Assembly: GCA_049724395.1 (NCBI GenBank)
Contig: JAUGWO010000135.1
Location: 62,001 to 126,000, forward strand
DNA from: Spongospora subterranea f. sp. subterranea
Lineage: Eukaryota
Reading direction: 5' to 3'
Length of the DNA stretch: 64,000 nucleotides
A program made the translations under genes and the position numbers. Under the pieces are notes generated by a model. It saw only the letters and a list, made by a program, of their open reading frames with translations, made no database searches and was not told the origin of the DNA. This document shows positions 38,401-52,999 of this stretch, piece after piece; position 1 is the first letter of the stretch, and each line of letters begins with the position of its first letter.

Positions 38401-39953
38401 AGTTAAACATCGTCAACATGCAAATATCCCATTTGTGGAATTCCTTCCGGGTGTCTCATACCGTTCAAGCAAAAAAAGGATTCATGACCAAGGCTGTGTG
38501 GCTGCAATGAATCAACGAACCCTCGTGCTTCCTGTTCTCAAAATGCCAAACAGAAATTCGTGTGATTTTTGTGGACACCTGTAACGCCCCCATGACGATT
38601 ACGATCGTTGCGTGTTCACCGATGCTTCCCACATGAGGGGAGGGGAATGAGACGAAGCAAAACCTGTCTGTTTTTTAGTTCTAATGTAGAATTGTTATCC
38701 AGAACAGAATACCACGGAATGTTGGTGATAGCGCTATGAGCCGATTTCACCCGCAGCTCAAAACAGTGTTGGCGTCTCAGGATTACGAGCCTGGACTCGG
38801 GTTGCCAACACACACACACACACACAATCTAGATAGATCGGTGGATAACAATAATTTCTGTATTAGAACTGAAAAACTCTGGACAGCAGACGGGTTTGAT
38901 TCGTCTCAACACCATCGATAGCCCAGAGGCGCAGACGTCCTTACAGCATGGGAGCTTCAATTCGCAACAACCGATAAAATCCATCCATGTGACAGTTTTG
39001 TGATTTCCAAGATCAAAGACACGTGGGCATCTATTTGCGAAGGTACAAACTGCAGGTCTTCGAGAACGGCGAATGGGATGAGGGGTCTGGCGCAATAAAA
39101 AATCCTGGAAAAAATTATTTCTAAAGCTTGTGGTCGAATCCGTCAAACGCGTAAATTCGATAAAGGACTCAAACGATCTTGTAGGGAATACGACTGAAGC
39201 CATGATCCGCTGGGAATTATCGTTGGATGTGTCGGGCCAGTGGCACGTCACGCAGGTGCCGCCCGAACTCCAGGCGATTGTAGCCAAGCATCAGGATCAC
39301 TTCAACGGGGCTATCGTACCCCCATTTCGCGTCGCTAAACAGTAGTCGACAAGGAGCAATCGATACACAAGGCTTCCTTGATGCACCCTAGCGCATGTAC
39401 AAAATAAGTCTCTCCAGAAAAAAAAGTTGTCGATTTTGAGACTGCAGGCACTGTCACGTCGATAACAATTTATGCGACTAATACGATCTGGCGAAATGCA
39501 TGGAAAAAGGGTCACCAAATGAACCTGTTGAATGTATATTCTGATACTACAATGTAAATAGGTTTCTTGTACGAACACAGCGGCAGTTAAAATCCTCTGA
39601 GAAAAAACAATCGGTAAATAAGGAGAAAATGCAACTACCGAGACCCGCGATGGTGAGGTAAAAATGATGGATTAAACATATAAACGATATTTTCTAGCAA
39701 ACAAAAAATCCTGTGTCACAGTCAGGAAAAGACAAAGAAGGAAATAAATGGATCAAACTTAAAAAACTAAGAGCCATGGATTGAGGAGTCTCGCGCGGTG
39801 TTATCAGGCCGCAATTAGAACATTTTGAACAATTGTAGTGCAGATTGAAATGTAACCCAAACCGCAAAGTACAACATGACCGACGGAACAAAAACAAACC
39901 ATTGTCGATGAATTGACTTGGAAATATGATAAACGGCATGCAAATAATAAACT

Positions 39954-40513
39954 TCATGAGACTTGAAAAAGCAGACGTGAATATACGAACTGTTCGCGTT
40001 TTTCGATGGCTTCCCGATATACTGCGCGAAGACGTGCCAAGTAGGCGTTCCTTTCTAATGTTGCAGCCTTGACGCGGCGCTCTTCTCGCGGCGGAACATA
40101 AAACTGATGTCGACCTATGAAAACCCCAATGTCACCATGCGCATGGTAAATTACAATTGCCGCCAATTATATTATCCACGAAATACATAACTGCATACCA
40201 TTATAAAAACGTGAAAACGTAAAAAAAATTACGAGGTGTGGACAGCATATTCATGTAGAAAGAGTCGAAAATTACGGCTGATATTCAATCTATGGAAAAT
40301 TCAAACTGATGGTAAAAATATACCAATGGAAAGAAGCAAAGAATTCAAAAAGGAATGAAACACACGCACCACGCTGGCGTTTGACCAACTTGGCAAAACG
40401 CACCCACGCCTCCCCTTTTCTGAAGGCACTGTTAAACCGAGCCGTAAACAGAGAGGGTAGCTACCACCATCTACCAACTCAAATGAATACACAGGGTTCC
40501 AATACGAATCCTG
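39954..40513 (-). CDS. Possible mitochondrial ribosomal protein S21-like gene; 5' end obscured by the tandem array
   Basis: Spliced AFRKGEAWVRFAKLVKRQRG|RHQFYVPPREERRVKAATLERNAYL resembles the bS21 pattern ALRRFKR..YxKPSExRR. Confidence 0.4.
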
Positions 40514-40564
40514 GAACGACAAGTTGAGATGGGAAGAAATCTGGACAATCTACCACACCAGGGC

Positions 40565-43500
40565 GAGGCTACCACCATCTACCACAGTTGTGCGCCTCAA
40601 AGGGAATACACAGGGTCATGAGGCTACCACCATCTACCACAGTTGTGCGCCTCAAAGGGAATACACAGGGTCATGAGGCTACCACCATCTACCACAGTTG
40701 TGCGCCTCAAAGTGAATACACAGGGTCATGAGGGTACCACCATCTACCACAGTTGTGCGCCTCAAAGGGAATACACAGGGTCATGAGGGTACCACCATCT
40801 ACCACAGTTGTGCGCCTCAAAGGGAATACACAGGGTCATGAGGGTACCACCATCTACCACAGTTGTGCGCCTCAAAGGGAATACACAGGGTCATGAGGGT
40901 ACCACCATCTACCACAGTTGTGCGCCTCAAAGGGAATACACAGGGTCATGAGGCTACCACCATCTACCACAGTTGTGCGCCTCAAAGAGTGCGCCTCAAA
41001 GTGAATACACAGGGTCATGAGGAAATACCACCATCTACCACAGTTGTGCGCCTCAAAGGGAATACACAGGGTCATGAGGGTACCACCATCTACCACAGTT
41101 GTGCGCCTCAAAGGGAATACACAGGGTCATGAGGCTACCACCATCTTACACAGGGTCATGAGGGTACCACCATCTACCACAGTTGTGCGCCTCAAAGGGA
41201 ATACACAGGGTCATGAGGGTACCACCATCTACCACAGTTGTGCGCCTCAAAGGGAATACACAGGGTCATGAGGGTACCACCATCTACCACAGTTGTGCCT
41301 CAAAGGGAATACACAGGGTCATGAGGGTACCACCATCTACCACAGTTGTGCGCCTCAAAGGGAATACACAGGGTCATGAGGGTACCACCATCTACCACAG
41401 TTGTGCGCCTCAAAGGGAATACACAGGGTCATGAGGCTACCACCATCTACCACAGTTGTGCGCCTCAAAGGGAATACACAGGGTCATGAGGGTACCACCA
41501 TCTACCACAGTTGTGCGCCTCAAAGTGAATACACAGGGTCATGAGGGTACCACCATCTACCACAGTTGTGCGCCTCAAAGGGAATACACAGGGTCATGAG
41601 GCTACCACCATCTACCACAGTTGTGCGCCTCAAAGTGAATACACAGGGTCATGAGGGTACCACCATCTACCACAGTTGTGCGCCTCAAAGGGAATACACA
41701 GGGTCATGAGGGTACCACCATCTACCACAGTTGTGCGCCTCAAAGGGAATACACAGGGTCATGAGGGTACCACCATCTACCACAGTTGTGCGCCTCAAAG
41801 GGAATACACAGGGTCATGAGGGTACCACCATCTACCACAGTTGTGCGCCTCAAAGGGAATACACAGGGTCATGAGGCTACCACCATCTACCACAGTTGTG
41901 CGCCTCAAAGTGAATACACAGGGTCATGAGGGTACCACCATCTACCACAGTTGTGCGCCTCAAAGTGAATACACAGGGTCATGAGGGTACCACCATCTAC
42001 CACAGTTGTGCGCCTCAAAGAGGAATACACAGTTGGGTCATGATGAGGTACCACCATCTACCACAGTTGTGCGTTGTCATGGTACCACCATCTACCACAG
42101 TTGTGCGCCTCAAAGGGAATACACAGGGTCATGAGGGTACCACCATCTACCACAGTTGTGCGCCTCAAAGGGAATACACAGGGTCATGAGGCTACCACCA
42201 TCTACCACAGTTGTGCGCCTCAAAGGAATACACAGGGTCATGAGGCTACCACCATCTACCACAGTTGTGCGCCTCAAAGGGAATACACAGGGTCAGAGGC
42301 TACCACCATCTACCACAGTTGTGCGCCTCAAAGGGAATACACAGGGTCATGAGGGTACCACCATCTACCACAGTTGTGCGCCTCAAAGGGAATACACAGG
42401 GTCATGAGGGTACCACCATCTACCACAGTTGTGCGCCTCAAAGGGAATACACAGGGTCATGAGGGTACCACCATCTACCACAGTTGTGCGCCTCAAAGTG
42501 AATACACAGGGTCATACCACCATCTACCACACAAAGTGAATACACAGTCATGAGGGTACCACCATCTACCACAGTTGTGCGCCTCAAAGGGAATACACAG
42601 GGTCATGAGGGTACCACCATCTACCACAGTTGTGCGCCTCAAAGGGAATACACAGGGTCATGAGGCTACCACCATCTACCACAGTTGTGCGCCTCAAAGT
42701 GAATACACAGGGTCATGAGGGCTACCACCATCTACCACAGTTGTGCGGAATACACAGGGTCATGAGGGTACCACCATCTACCACAGTTGTGCGCCTCAAA
42801 GGGAATACACAGGGTCATGAGGGTACCACCATCTACCACAGTTGTGCGCCTCAAAGGGAATACACAGGGTCATGAGGGTACCACCATCTACCACAGTTGT
42901 GCGCCTCAAAGGGAATACACAGGGTCATGAGGGTACCACCATCTACCACAGTTGTGCGCCTCAAAGTCATGAATACACAGGGTCATGAGGCTACCACCAT
43001 CTACCACAGTTGTGCGCCTCAAAGGGAATACACAGGGTCATGAGGCTACCACCATCTACCACAGTTGTGCGCCTCAAAGGGAATACACAGGGTCATGAGG
43101 GTACCACCATCTACCACAGTTGTGCGCCTCAAAGTGAATACACAGGGTCATGAGGGTACCACCATCTACCACAGTTGTGCGCCTCAAAGGGAATACACAG
43201 GGTCATGAGGCTACCACCATCTACCACAGTTGTGCGCCTCAAAGGGAATACACAGGGTCATGAGGCTACCACCATCTACCACAGTTGTGCGCCTCAAAGG
43301 GAATACACAGGGTCATGAGGCTACCACCATCTACCACAGTTGTGCGCCTCAAAGTGAATACACAGGGTCATGAGGGTACCACCATCTACCACAGTTGTGC
43401 GCCTCAAAGGGAATAACAGGGTCATGAGGAATACACAGGGTCATGAGGGTCATGAGGCTACCACCATCTACCACAGTTGTGCGCCTCAAAGGGAATACAC

Positions 43501-43997
43501 AGGGTCATGAGGGTACCACCATCTACCACAGTTGTGCGCCTCAAAGGGAATACACAGGGTCATGAGGGTACCACCATCTACCACAGTTGTGCGCCTCAAA
43601 GGGAATACACAGGGTCATGAGGGTACCACCATCTACCACAGTTGTGCGCCTCAAAGTGAATACACATACACAGTTGTGCGCCATCAAAGTTGTGCGCCTC
43701 AAAGGGAATACACAGGGTCATGAGGGTACCACCATCTACCACAGTTGTGCGCCTCAAAGGGAATACACAGGGTCATGAGGGTACCACCATCTACCACAGT
43801 TGTGCGCCTCATGAGGGCTACCACCATCTACCACAGTTGTGCGCCTCAAAGGGAATACACAGGGTCATGAGGGTACCACCATCTACCACAGTTGTGCGAC
43901 TCAAAGGGAATACACAGGGTCATGAGGGTACCACCATCTACCACAGTTGTGCGACTCAAAGGGAATACACAGGGTCATGAGGGTACCACCACAGTTG
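40565..43997. repeat. Tandem array of about 60 units of 54-55 bp
   Basis: Unit GAGGGTACCACCATCTACCACAGTTGTGCGCCTCAAAGGGAATACACAGGGTCAT with two dimorphic sites (GAGGGT/GAGGCT, AAAGGG/AAAGTG). Confidence 0.99.
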
Positions 43998-44005
43998 CGA
44001 TTTAC

Positions 44006-45461
44006 CGACGATCTGATACAGATCAGAGACATTTTGAGCATAAGAAGAATAATCGAACTCCTACTGATTGGAATGGATCATTGAAATCTGACGATGACAA
44101 CGAGCACAAAACGCAGTGTAGGGCCATCCGTATTCAACAGAATAACCTGACAAAGATGGCCTGTAAGAATTGGTATATCAATACTGGGGTTCATGGATAA
44201 GAAAAATGTCTACTTTTCCGGATAATTTCCGTCGACGACAAGTTTTTTTTATTCAAACTCGGCTGGGTGTGTGAATCAATGTATTCAAAGAAAGGAGCCA
44301 GGAGATAAATCCTAGAGGTGATAGAGATCAAAAGGTGACGATTCCAAGGTTCGACTGCAAATACCCCTGCAACACTCCTGGATGACAGTCAATCTGGGTG
44401 ATGAAATACGAAGAAGGTGAGGGACGCGACCACGTTAAACGCCACCAATTACTGTTCGACTGAAAAACATAAGCGCTTGCTGCTGGAGAAAAGCAGCATG
44501 CATCTTCTTCTCTTCAAACGTCGGGGTCTCGCCGGTAAAGTTTTCTGCAAATTCGTTCAAAAAGTCGAGGGCCATATTGGAACTGAACTCAGACACAAAA
44601 ATTTTGCTATTTTGATTAAGATTCAGTTTACAGCCAGTCTCATATAATCAATATCACCGTTTGAGATCCCTGAAATGAGATTCGTCCACTTCCGTGATCT
44701 CATGAAGAGTAGTGTCCTTCAAAAGAGCTTGTTCTTCCGCATCACCGATGTAAAACTCGACCTGTTGGACAGCATATTGATTCCGCACAGACTTTTTAAC
44801 AATTTTGTCCAGGGTTTCGCTGAATAACCACATGAATTGAGAAACCAAACAAACAGATTCGCAAATTTGATGAACTACTGACTTAAAAATTCTAACAGCT
44901 CTGACACAAATTTCCGTTAATTGAGATTCCAACCAATCCTTAGACCTGACGTTCGACGCATTAGCAAATTTAACGAGACTATTAAGGAGAAAATATTTCC
45001 AGATGTAATAGCTATCAATGAACAGATATGAATCAGTACACAAACGCAGGCGACAATTTCACTATACTCAATGGCAAGGTCTTCAAACACCCACTGTATA
45101 TTGCAAGTAAGCTTGCTATGGATGGAATATCAGATTATGATTATGATCATAGCGAAGATGGACAATCCGTACAAGATTGAACACAGCTTTGTTAAGGATT
45201 CCGATACCGCACCGGAGCCAAGATTATATTTGAATTGAGACTGATACAGGGCAAACCAAAAGCGTGGGTTTATCTGTACGTGATAGGTATCCAGAAAAGG
45301 CATGACATTGTTGGACGTCTCATCAACCTCCCTGGACAGCGCAATGATGAGCTGATATGATCTAGAATATATTCCTGTCTATACCTGTTGGGTTGGCTCG
45401 AAACCAAGAAACCCACAGACATCACGGCAATCATGAACCGGAATGTCATGAACGACCTCAT
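44006..45461 (-). pseudogene. Phase-2-intron secreted family, copy A; truncated at the tandem array
   Basis: Signal MRSFMTFRFMIAVMSVGFLVSSQP. Exon-by-exon similarity to 48260-49765. The last donor GTAAAT at 44005 runs into the array. Confidence 0.7.
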
Positions 45462-45606
45462 GACGTGTTGATTCTCAGAAGTGCTTAGAATGGCGACAAC
45501 AAGTCCGAAACCTGTACGGCAGGGATCCGTGCGGTAAATTTTCTCAATCTGCCACGCACTCACCACACAGTCAAACACTCCAATGTAGGTAGGTCCATGC
45601 GTTTAG

Positions 45607-45749
45607 GCTGTCGACAGCTACGGACATTCTCAGCTGTCGACAGCTGGCCCAGTCAGATATCATGACTTTTAGCTGTCGAGTCAGAAATCATCACTTTTAG
45701 CTGTCGAGTCAGAATCATGACTTTCAGCTGTTCTGACTGGACCAGCTGT
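45607..45749. repeat. Small MITE-like/palindromic element
   Basis: 18-bp inverted ends ACAGCTGG(C/T)CCAGTCAGA at 45640 and 45749, about three internal 29-bp tandem units, and the palindrome CAGCTGTCGACAGCTG. Confidence 0.65.
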
Positions 45750-47080
45750 TACCCTGAGCACATATAACTGCGAAGGTTGTCGGTAACGAGTCGCAAGTAC
45801 AGCAAAGACTGTCAACGGGTGCACAGAACCCTCCGCGCATCGGTGGTTCATGTCGTATTTCGGTCCAACCAATTATCGATTGTGAAAATCCACAACGATT
45901 TTACCTTCAAGCACAGTAACAATTCTGTTCATTGTGCGGTCTCGAAATACAGTTTTGTTGGTGACATGATCGCGATCGTTTGCGTATCGGTGATATCATT
46001 CCCAATCAATTGATTCTGTAATATCAGAAGCGATTATTATTGTTAGGCCCACATCCAAGAGCAACGTCGGAATAGTGACTTGACGCCTGTCAATGTGGTG
46101 ACGGTCAGATATCTTCCAAGGGCAATGAATTCAAGAAGGTACAAGTGCTCGAAAACCCTGGAGGGTGTTGGCTTTAAGAGCAGTGGTCTTTGACGCTTCT
46201 GTTATGTGTTTGGAGTCACCGAGGTAGAGGCTACCATTATCGGTACGACCTGCAGAAGCCCCTCAAACCGGAAATGCTCCATATGAAGAAGGAAAAGAAT
46301 GGGTTTACCATTATGTGGAATATCGGGTCATCACATGATCACCGAAATCCAACAGCTCTCTGAACCCGGTCTCTTCCTCGTCATCGTCTTCGATAATGAC
46401 GCGCGTAAAGCGATTGAGAAGCTCTTCCCGTCTCTTATCGTCCATCACCGTATACTCATATGTTGGAAACAACGCGTTGCCGTGAAAATGGCTGCCCAAT
46501 AACATTTCTGAAATGGACTCCTTCTCAATCGAATATGGACTGTTGAACACAAGAAATGGGATCAATCGAATAATTATCAGCCCAAATTCCTTTTCATCAA
46601 TATTGCCAAGACAATCCTCTGTTCACCTTGTGAGCACATCTGTTTGCCCCTTAAAACAGGTCGTTTACTCAAAATGTTCGTTGTATCTGACACGATCGCC
46701 GTCGCTCATCAATATACAAATACATGAACGTTGTTTCGACTGAAGTTCGGTTTGTTGAAGGTGAATGAGACTGATCAGCTATTGCAACTAGATCACGCCG
46801 CCACTATAACAAAAACGAGCGGCGCCAAAAAACCAAAATCACCCTTTTAGGAAGGAATCTCCTCATTTTTAACACGCACAGGGCCTCTCAACCTCAAATT
46901 GCGACGTCAATGCGATTCGGGGAAGTTTTCAGTTGTCACCGTGAGAATTATTTGCATTGGTCGTTGGCTCTTTTGTCAGTTTGTCAAGGCAGGGACACAG
47001 TTTTTGCAGCGGAATTGCAGTCAATTGATGTATTGGGAGTTACTGGGGAATGCAGTAGGTGATTTCATTGTCCATAACCG

Positions 47081-49765
47081 TTAGAGCAATTTAAAGAAAC
47101 GGACAACACTGGATGAGCTTGGTGTCGTTTCGGGTTCATCGTCACAAGTTAATGACATGGAATCTCTGAGACAACACAGTATACGTTGAATAAAGGGATT
47201 CATATTAACAACAACACAGCATATTTACTCGTCATCGTCCGAATACCCCTTTTGTGATCCCCACCAATCATTCCAATACGAATCTTCACTAGATTCCGAC
47301 CCTTCCTCGTCATCGTGAATCCCAGATTTACAGGATCTGCGACATCACAGCCCACGATCAGTAAACGGATTCGTATCCAGACCACAGCATATTTACTGAT
47401 AATCGTTCGAATCCGCCTGTTCATTGAATCCCGTCACTTCCTCCACGTCATCGTCCGAAAACGGCCCTTCACTGGATTCCAACCATTCCTCGCCATCGCC
47501 AATCACTGATTCACAGGATCTGCGACATCACAGCACGCGATCAGTAAACGGATTCGTATCCAGACCACAACATATTTACCGATAACCGTCCGAATCCGCC
47601 TCATCATCGTTCTCATTGATTCCGAGCTTTTTATATGCAAGCTTAATCATGCAGTTCAAGTCATTGAGAACTTCCTTCTCAGGCTTGCCCAAGAAGGGCA
47701 TCATGATTTTGATCGTCGTTTGGTCACTAACTCCCATCTCCTCCTGCAGATACGTGAGGCGTTTGAGAAGTTCTGGCTCACTGAGCCCCATCACCTCCAC
47801 AACACTGTCTTCAATAATGGCAGGCGTAAGATAATCGAGAAGCTTTGTTTTTTGCTCATTGTTCATCTCCGAGAACCTAAGGGAACCACGCCTGAACACA
47901 GATATTCCCCCTTAAGCATGGGTCGTACTGGAACTTCAGGAAATCGTTCACATCGTCGTCCACAGTCTCCAAAGAATCCTGTGAGTCGTCAATCTGCTTC
48001 TGCCAATTCGTCAACTGCTCAATGAAATCCTCAAACATGTGATTGCGGCCGAATCCCATATGATCTTCCGGACGAACTTGTGGTTCCAGATACCTAAAAT
48101 TGGTCGTCTTGAACAAGGAGACAATGAAGATATGAACGAGGCTTTACATTCTTTTTTCGTAGGAATCGAATCGATAGACAAATCTCGCCAATTCAACCGG
48201 GCTATACTAGCTGAATTAGACGATGGAACGGCAGATCGAACACGAGGGCCATTTACCAGAGGAACTGATACAGATCAGCGACTTCGTGGAGATACGAATG
48301 ACAATCGAACTCCATCTGGTTGGAATATTTCATGGCAATCTGGCGATGACGAACAGCACAAAACACATTGTAGAGCCATCCGTATTCAACAGAATTTTTC
48401 GACAACGATGGCCTGTGAGAATCAAATATATCAGAAACTGGGGTTCAATGGATTGGTACGACTTCTACGTTTTGTTCGATTCCAGAATACGCTTCAGATG
48501 AAGATGACTGTCTTCAAGCACTGGAGCCAGTAGAAGGTGCCTAGAGCCGGTCGAGGGTAAATGGCGACGATGGATAAGGTTGAGGTGGAGATTTACCAAT
48601 CCGATTCCTGCACTAATCTCCCATCCCAATCCATCAGGGTCCTGATTAGACACGCACAGAATGAGGTTGGCGATCATCGCATTGCCTCAGCACCATCATT
48701 ACCGTTTGAAAATCGAAAGACCAGTCGCTTGTGTTCCGACATAGGCAGCGATGTCCTTCTGATTGCTTCGAAGGAGAGTGCCCACAAAGTTGTTGAGGAC
48801 TTTGGGAAGAATATTGGAAATGAACTCCGACACGAAAAGTTTGCTATTGGGAACAAGATTCAGCTTACACAGCCAATCACATTCAAAACGAATATCACCG
48901 TTTTTCGTTCAGAAAATAGGAATCGCTCACTTCCGAAATCTCATTGAAAGTAGTGTGCTCTATCAGCGACTCATCTTCCGCCTTCCTGATCTTCTCATAG
49001 ACTATTTGCAAGGCCTTAAAATCCCTCAAATAACTCATAACATGCTGATCAAGGATCGCACTGAACAACAACATGAACTCAAACCCCACAATGGACAATA
49101 TCATGAAAAACTGACTTGAATTTTTTGAAGAATCTACCAGAAACTGTCTTTGTGATTTGATCCAAGCGTGACGCCCTTGGACGAAACTTCATATCCTTTA
49201 GCTCAATGAGTTCCTGGATGATGGCGTCTTGGAGTTCATAGCGGAGCAGATCCCAGAAGTAATAGCTGTCGATGAACAGATAAGAATCCATACACAAATG
49301 CGGTCGACGATATCAGTTTACTCTAGAGGGAGGGCTTCGGACAGGAATTGTACTTGTACATTAGACGGAACTTCACTATGGACAGGGAACTCAGATAAAG
49401 ATTACGATCATAAGGTGATGAACGATCCCGTACAAAAAGGAAAACAGGGCTTGCACGACATCGGCAGACGCATGAGATCTGAGATTCTCGTCGAATTTCG
49501 GGCGAGACAAAACAAAATAATAGAACTCGTTGATTAACCCATTGCGATTGGTGGCCATACACCGATTGAGAAAGGGGAGCGTCTCAATGCGCTGACACAC
49601 GGTCTCGACGTTCGCCGAATTGTCGCCCTGACTGGACAGAACGAAACTGTGAGAGGGAACGCGCACGGGTGAGGTCGAATCGCGTTGATACCTGATGGAT
49701 GAGCCAGACACCACGACAATCATAGAAGATACGGCAATGATGAACCGGAACGTCATGAGCGACAT
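47081..49765 (-). CDS. Phase-2-intron secreted family, copy B (may continue to about 46311)
   Basis: Signal MSLMTFRFIIAVSSMIVVVSG. The exons I traced join in frame through phase-2 GT-AG introns. Acidic C-terminus. Confidence 0.75.
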
Positions 49766-52700
49766 CACGATGTGATGATTAGCAGAACTTGTTGTTGTGC
49801 AGTCAGCCATGGCGTTACACAACTCCGGACCCTGTTCCCCAGCACAAGTCCGTGCGCAAACTCGTGTCAGACAGCACGAGTCACAACATTGACCGGGCGC
49901 AAAACGTCCCAGCTGTTCCAAACTGGGTCATGTCAAGAAAAATGCGGAACTCGATGATCGTTTGCATTGGCGGCGCAGTGAAGAGGTGTTGTCAACCTGA
50001 GAATGGGGTCAACTGTCAGGGACGACACGACAAACGGGTGAGATTCAGCTTATGAGATACCCGATAATCCACTGTGCTACGATCGCAGCCGCAGCTCAGA
50101 GATCGAATTATCAGTCATAAACCATCAATCGTTTTGGTCCACGTTTTACCCCCACCGTTCCCATCGAAAGACCAAAGCACTCGATATTCGCTTATCCCCT
50201 CGTCCACAGGCTTCCATCGCTCCCCAGTCCCTTAACATCGCCTTGATTTTGCAGGTTAAAATTGGCACAAACCTATCGGAATGCGCTAACCTAATACACG
50301 GGGCTGTCTTTGTTGGATTTTCCACTTGTGTTCACTTTTTCGAATTGTTCCGCCTGTTTTCTAGTTGGGGCCAGGTTGATTGACCAATGGTTGATTGGGC
50401 ATGTAAACACCTCTGGAACAAGGATGGGATCCAAAAGTCGAGGCACATACCCAAGCATTTGTGGCCTTTTCCCTACTGAAGCGTCTGATTTTACAACCGA
50501 TTGTCCAATCCATTAGAACTCTCTTTGGACGTTCAAAATCTGTCGGCAGTCCTGGACTGCCCGGCTTCAATATTTCCAGACAATCTCAGGGCGCAGAAAG
50601 AGATGATTAACTACTGATTTTGTCAGTAAATGGTCAATATTGGGCGACATAGCTGCCAGTGAATCAGGCACTGATTATATTGTTGAGTCCATGTCTTGAT
50701 TGAAAGATAGTGGCCCAGATTTCCCATGAACTCCTGTTGCCTATTGGCAAGACCGGTGGTGATGTGGTTTATGGCCACCAATAGATATCAATTGATGTCG
50801 AATGGGGATTTATAACCCGGGCTATAGCGGGGCGGTATCAAACAGAAGATGGAATGGCAATGGTCATTGGTCCATCTCACGGTTCCGTTGGGTCAATTCC
50901 CAATCCGCCGGCCGTCAATAGTCAGAACCGCAAAAGATCATGCACAATCGATGAGGACCAAACCCAATCCATGATGCGCTAACCATGTGCATATTCGACA
51001 GTGAACGTTTTGGGGAAGAGCACAACCGCGATGTGATATGAACCGAATGTGTCATAGTTGGGCGGCGGTAATGAAGGGGATTGGCAGTGTAAACCGACTG
51101 ATCTATGACCATGAGCTGAGAATCACCTCCCCGCCATGGGTCTGTAATATGTCCATCTCCTAATACATCGACAAGATCATGAACTCTATAACGGATCGTA
51201 ACTGGATATATTCGTCGAGCATATCACAGCACAGGCTCAGAGGATTTTCCAAATTAATAGCTAATCTACAGAGGTTCTCGAACTGATTACAGCAATGGTT
51301 TTATGGAGCGCCGAGTTCGTGATATATTCCGATTCTGCGTTTTCAAAAGTCAGAAGCAACAAACGGTTCGCGAACAGAAATGTCGAGATAAACACAATAA
51401 ATTCAAAAAAATGTTTCGAATTCCGTCAATGAGATTGCTGGTTTCGCCCATCAAACTGTATTGATCAGATGGGAGATCTCCCTCATTGATACGGCTCGTT
51501 GGTGCCTTGGTCCGATGGTTTCACCGCCGTCTGTCCAATGGTGATCGACATCATCCCCTCAGGTCGCGATAACACTGGCGATATCGAGCACCTCGAGTGA
51601 AACTTCCGTTGGACCTGGCATTATTCTACTCCAACAAGGTGTTTGTTCAGCTGATGTGAATTTTTCGGGCTCAATCGACGCGGAAATATGTCAATAGAGG
51701 TCACCGAGACCATGGAGAATTCCAAAGCTCGGGACTGGAATTGCAATATGGCTTTTGAGCGCGATCGGCTGAGCGTGATCGGCAACTCACATTACAGAAA
51801 TTGCAAAATCTTATAATTTCGAGAAAATCAGATTTGAACCAGAATGCTGCTTGTCGAGAATTGAAAAGATTATTGAAAACAAATTAGAGGGATATTTCAA
51901 TCGCTTCAACAACTGCAAGTTCCTGATCGGGTGAAACAGGTTTTGCGTTTTGAACCTACGATTGAGAAGAGACCCTCGTTAAGTCGAAAACGGACTTACA
52001 AAGGGACGTCCTACCAACGAGGAAAAGGACAGGAACCGGCGCGGTGGCCTGATCAGCCGAAAGCGAAACCAGGTCGCGTAGGGTTGGCTGGATAGAGGAC
52101 TTCATGATCACTGATCAAACATCCCAGGCTGATATCGCACCGATAACAAAGGAGGGCAATGTGAACGTGGATCTACAGAAACTTACAAGGGTTTCGTTTA
52201 GAATGCTGAGAGCATGATGTCCTCGCCAGAACCGCCATCACTTCTAACAGTTGCTCAAAAAGAGATTGGCCACACAATGTCACAAGAGGGTGACAACCGA
52301 GCGAGTCAAGATTTTGTGTCAACTCAGATGACCCCGAATCTTGTATTGGTTTTGTATACCGCCATTATCAACATCACTATTTGACAGAAATTTGGGATCA
52401 TTCGGTCAAGATGGGGCGTAAGATCATATTTCCACTCCCGTATCACAATTACGATAACAGTTTGTTTGTTGATATCGCGAAGAGGGGCGTTGACATCGGT
52501 TGTTATATTGGACATTGTGACAAAATTATATCAGAGAAATTCAACAACGCACGAACCACTTAAACGTTTTCTCAAGTGATTTCCGGGTTGTAGAAGGTCG
52601 CCCGATTCAACGTTCATCAGAACATGGCCTGGAACCTCATGAACCTCAAGACTTACGTTGAAAGGTGTCTGAAAACATATTTGGTGGTGTCGTGCTTCGA

Positions 52701-52999
52701 CCGACGATCTATCTTTGTTTGTTGCCCCATCGATCGTTCGGTCGTGTCTACTTGTTGTTTTGTGTTCCACAGTCTGATCAACAACATCCATTCCGTTCGC
52801 TTTACTCAGTCCATCTAACAAAACACCACCACCGAGTGTCATGATCATTGTTTCTCTTAATCGAAATCCTAAGAATGAGAGGGTCTTTCCTCATGATTGC
52901 GAGGACCATCCGCTGTTCCCCCTCAACGATAATATCTCACATGTTCATCAACAGTGTGTTCGTTGAACCCACAATGAGAGACATTCCCAGAAAGTGATA

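Noticed and set aside
40565..43997. CRISPR array or repetitive protein ORFs
   Set aside because: The units abut with no unique spacers, there are no cas genes, and the context is eukaryotic. The 55-bp period cycles frames and hits stops, so the ORFs are by-products.
51100..52000. Protein kinase pseudogene
   Set aside because: There are only faint hints (YGAP.., QVLRFEP) across broken frames, and no intact HRD/DFG motif.
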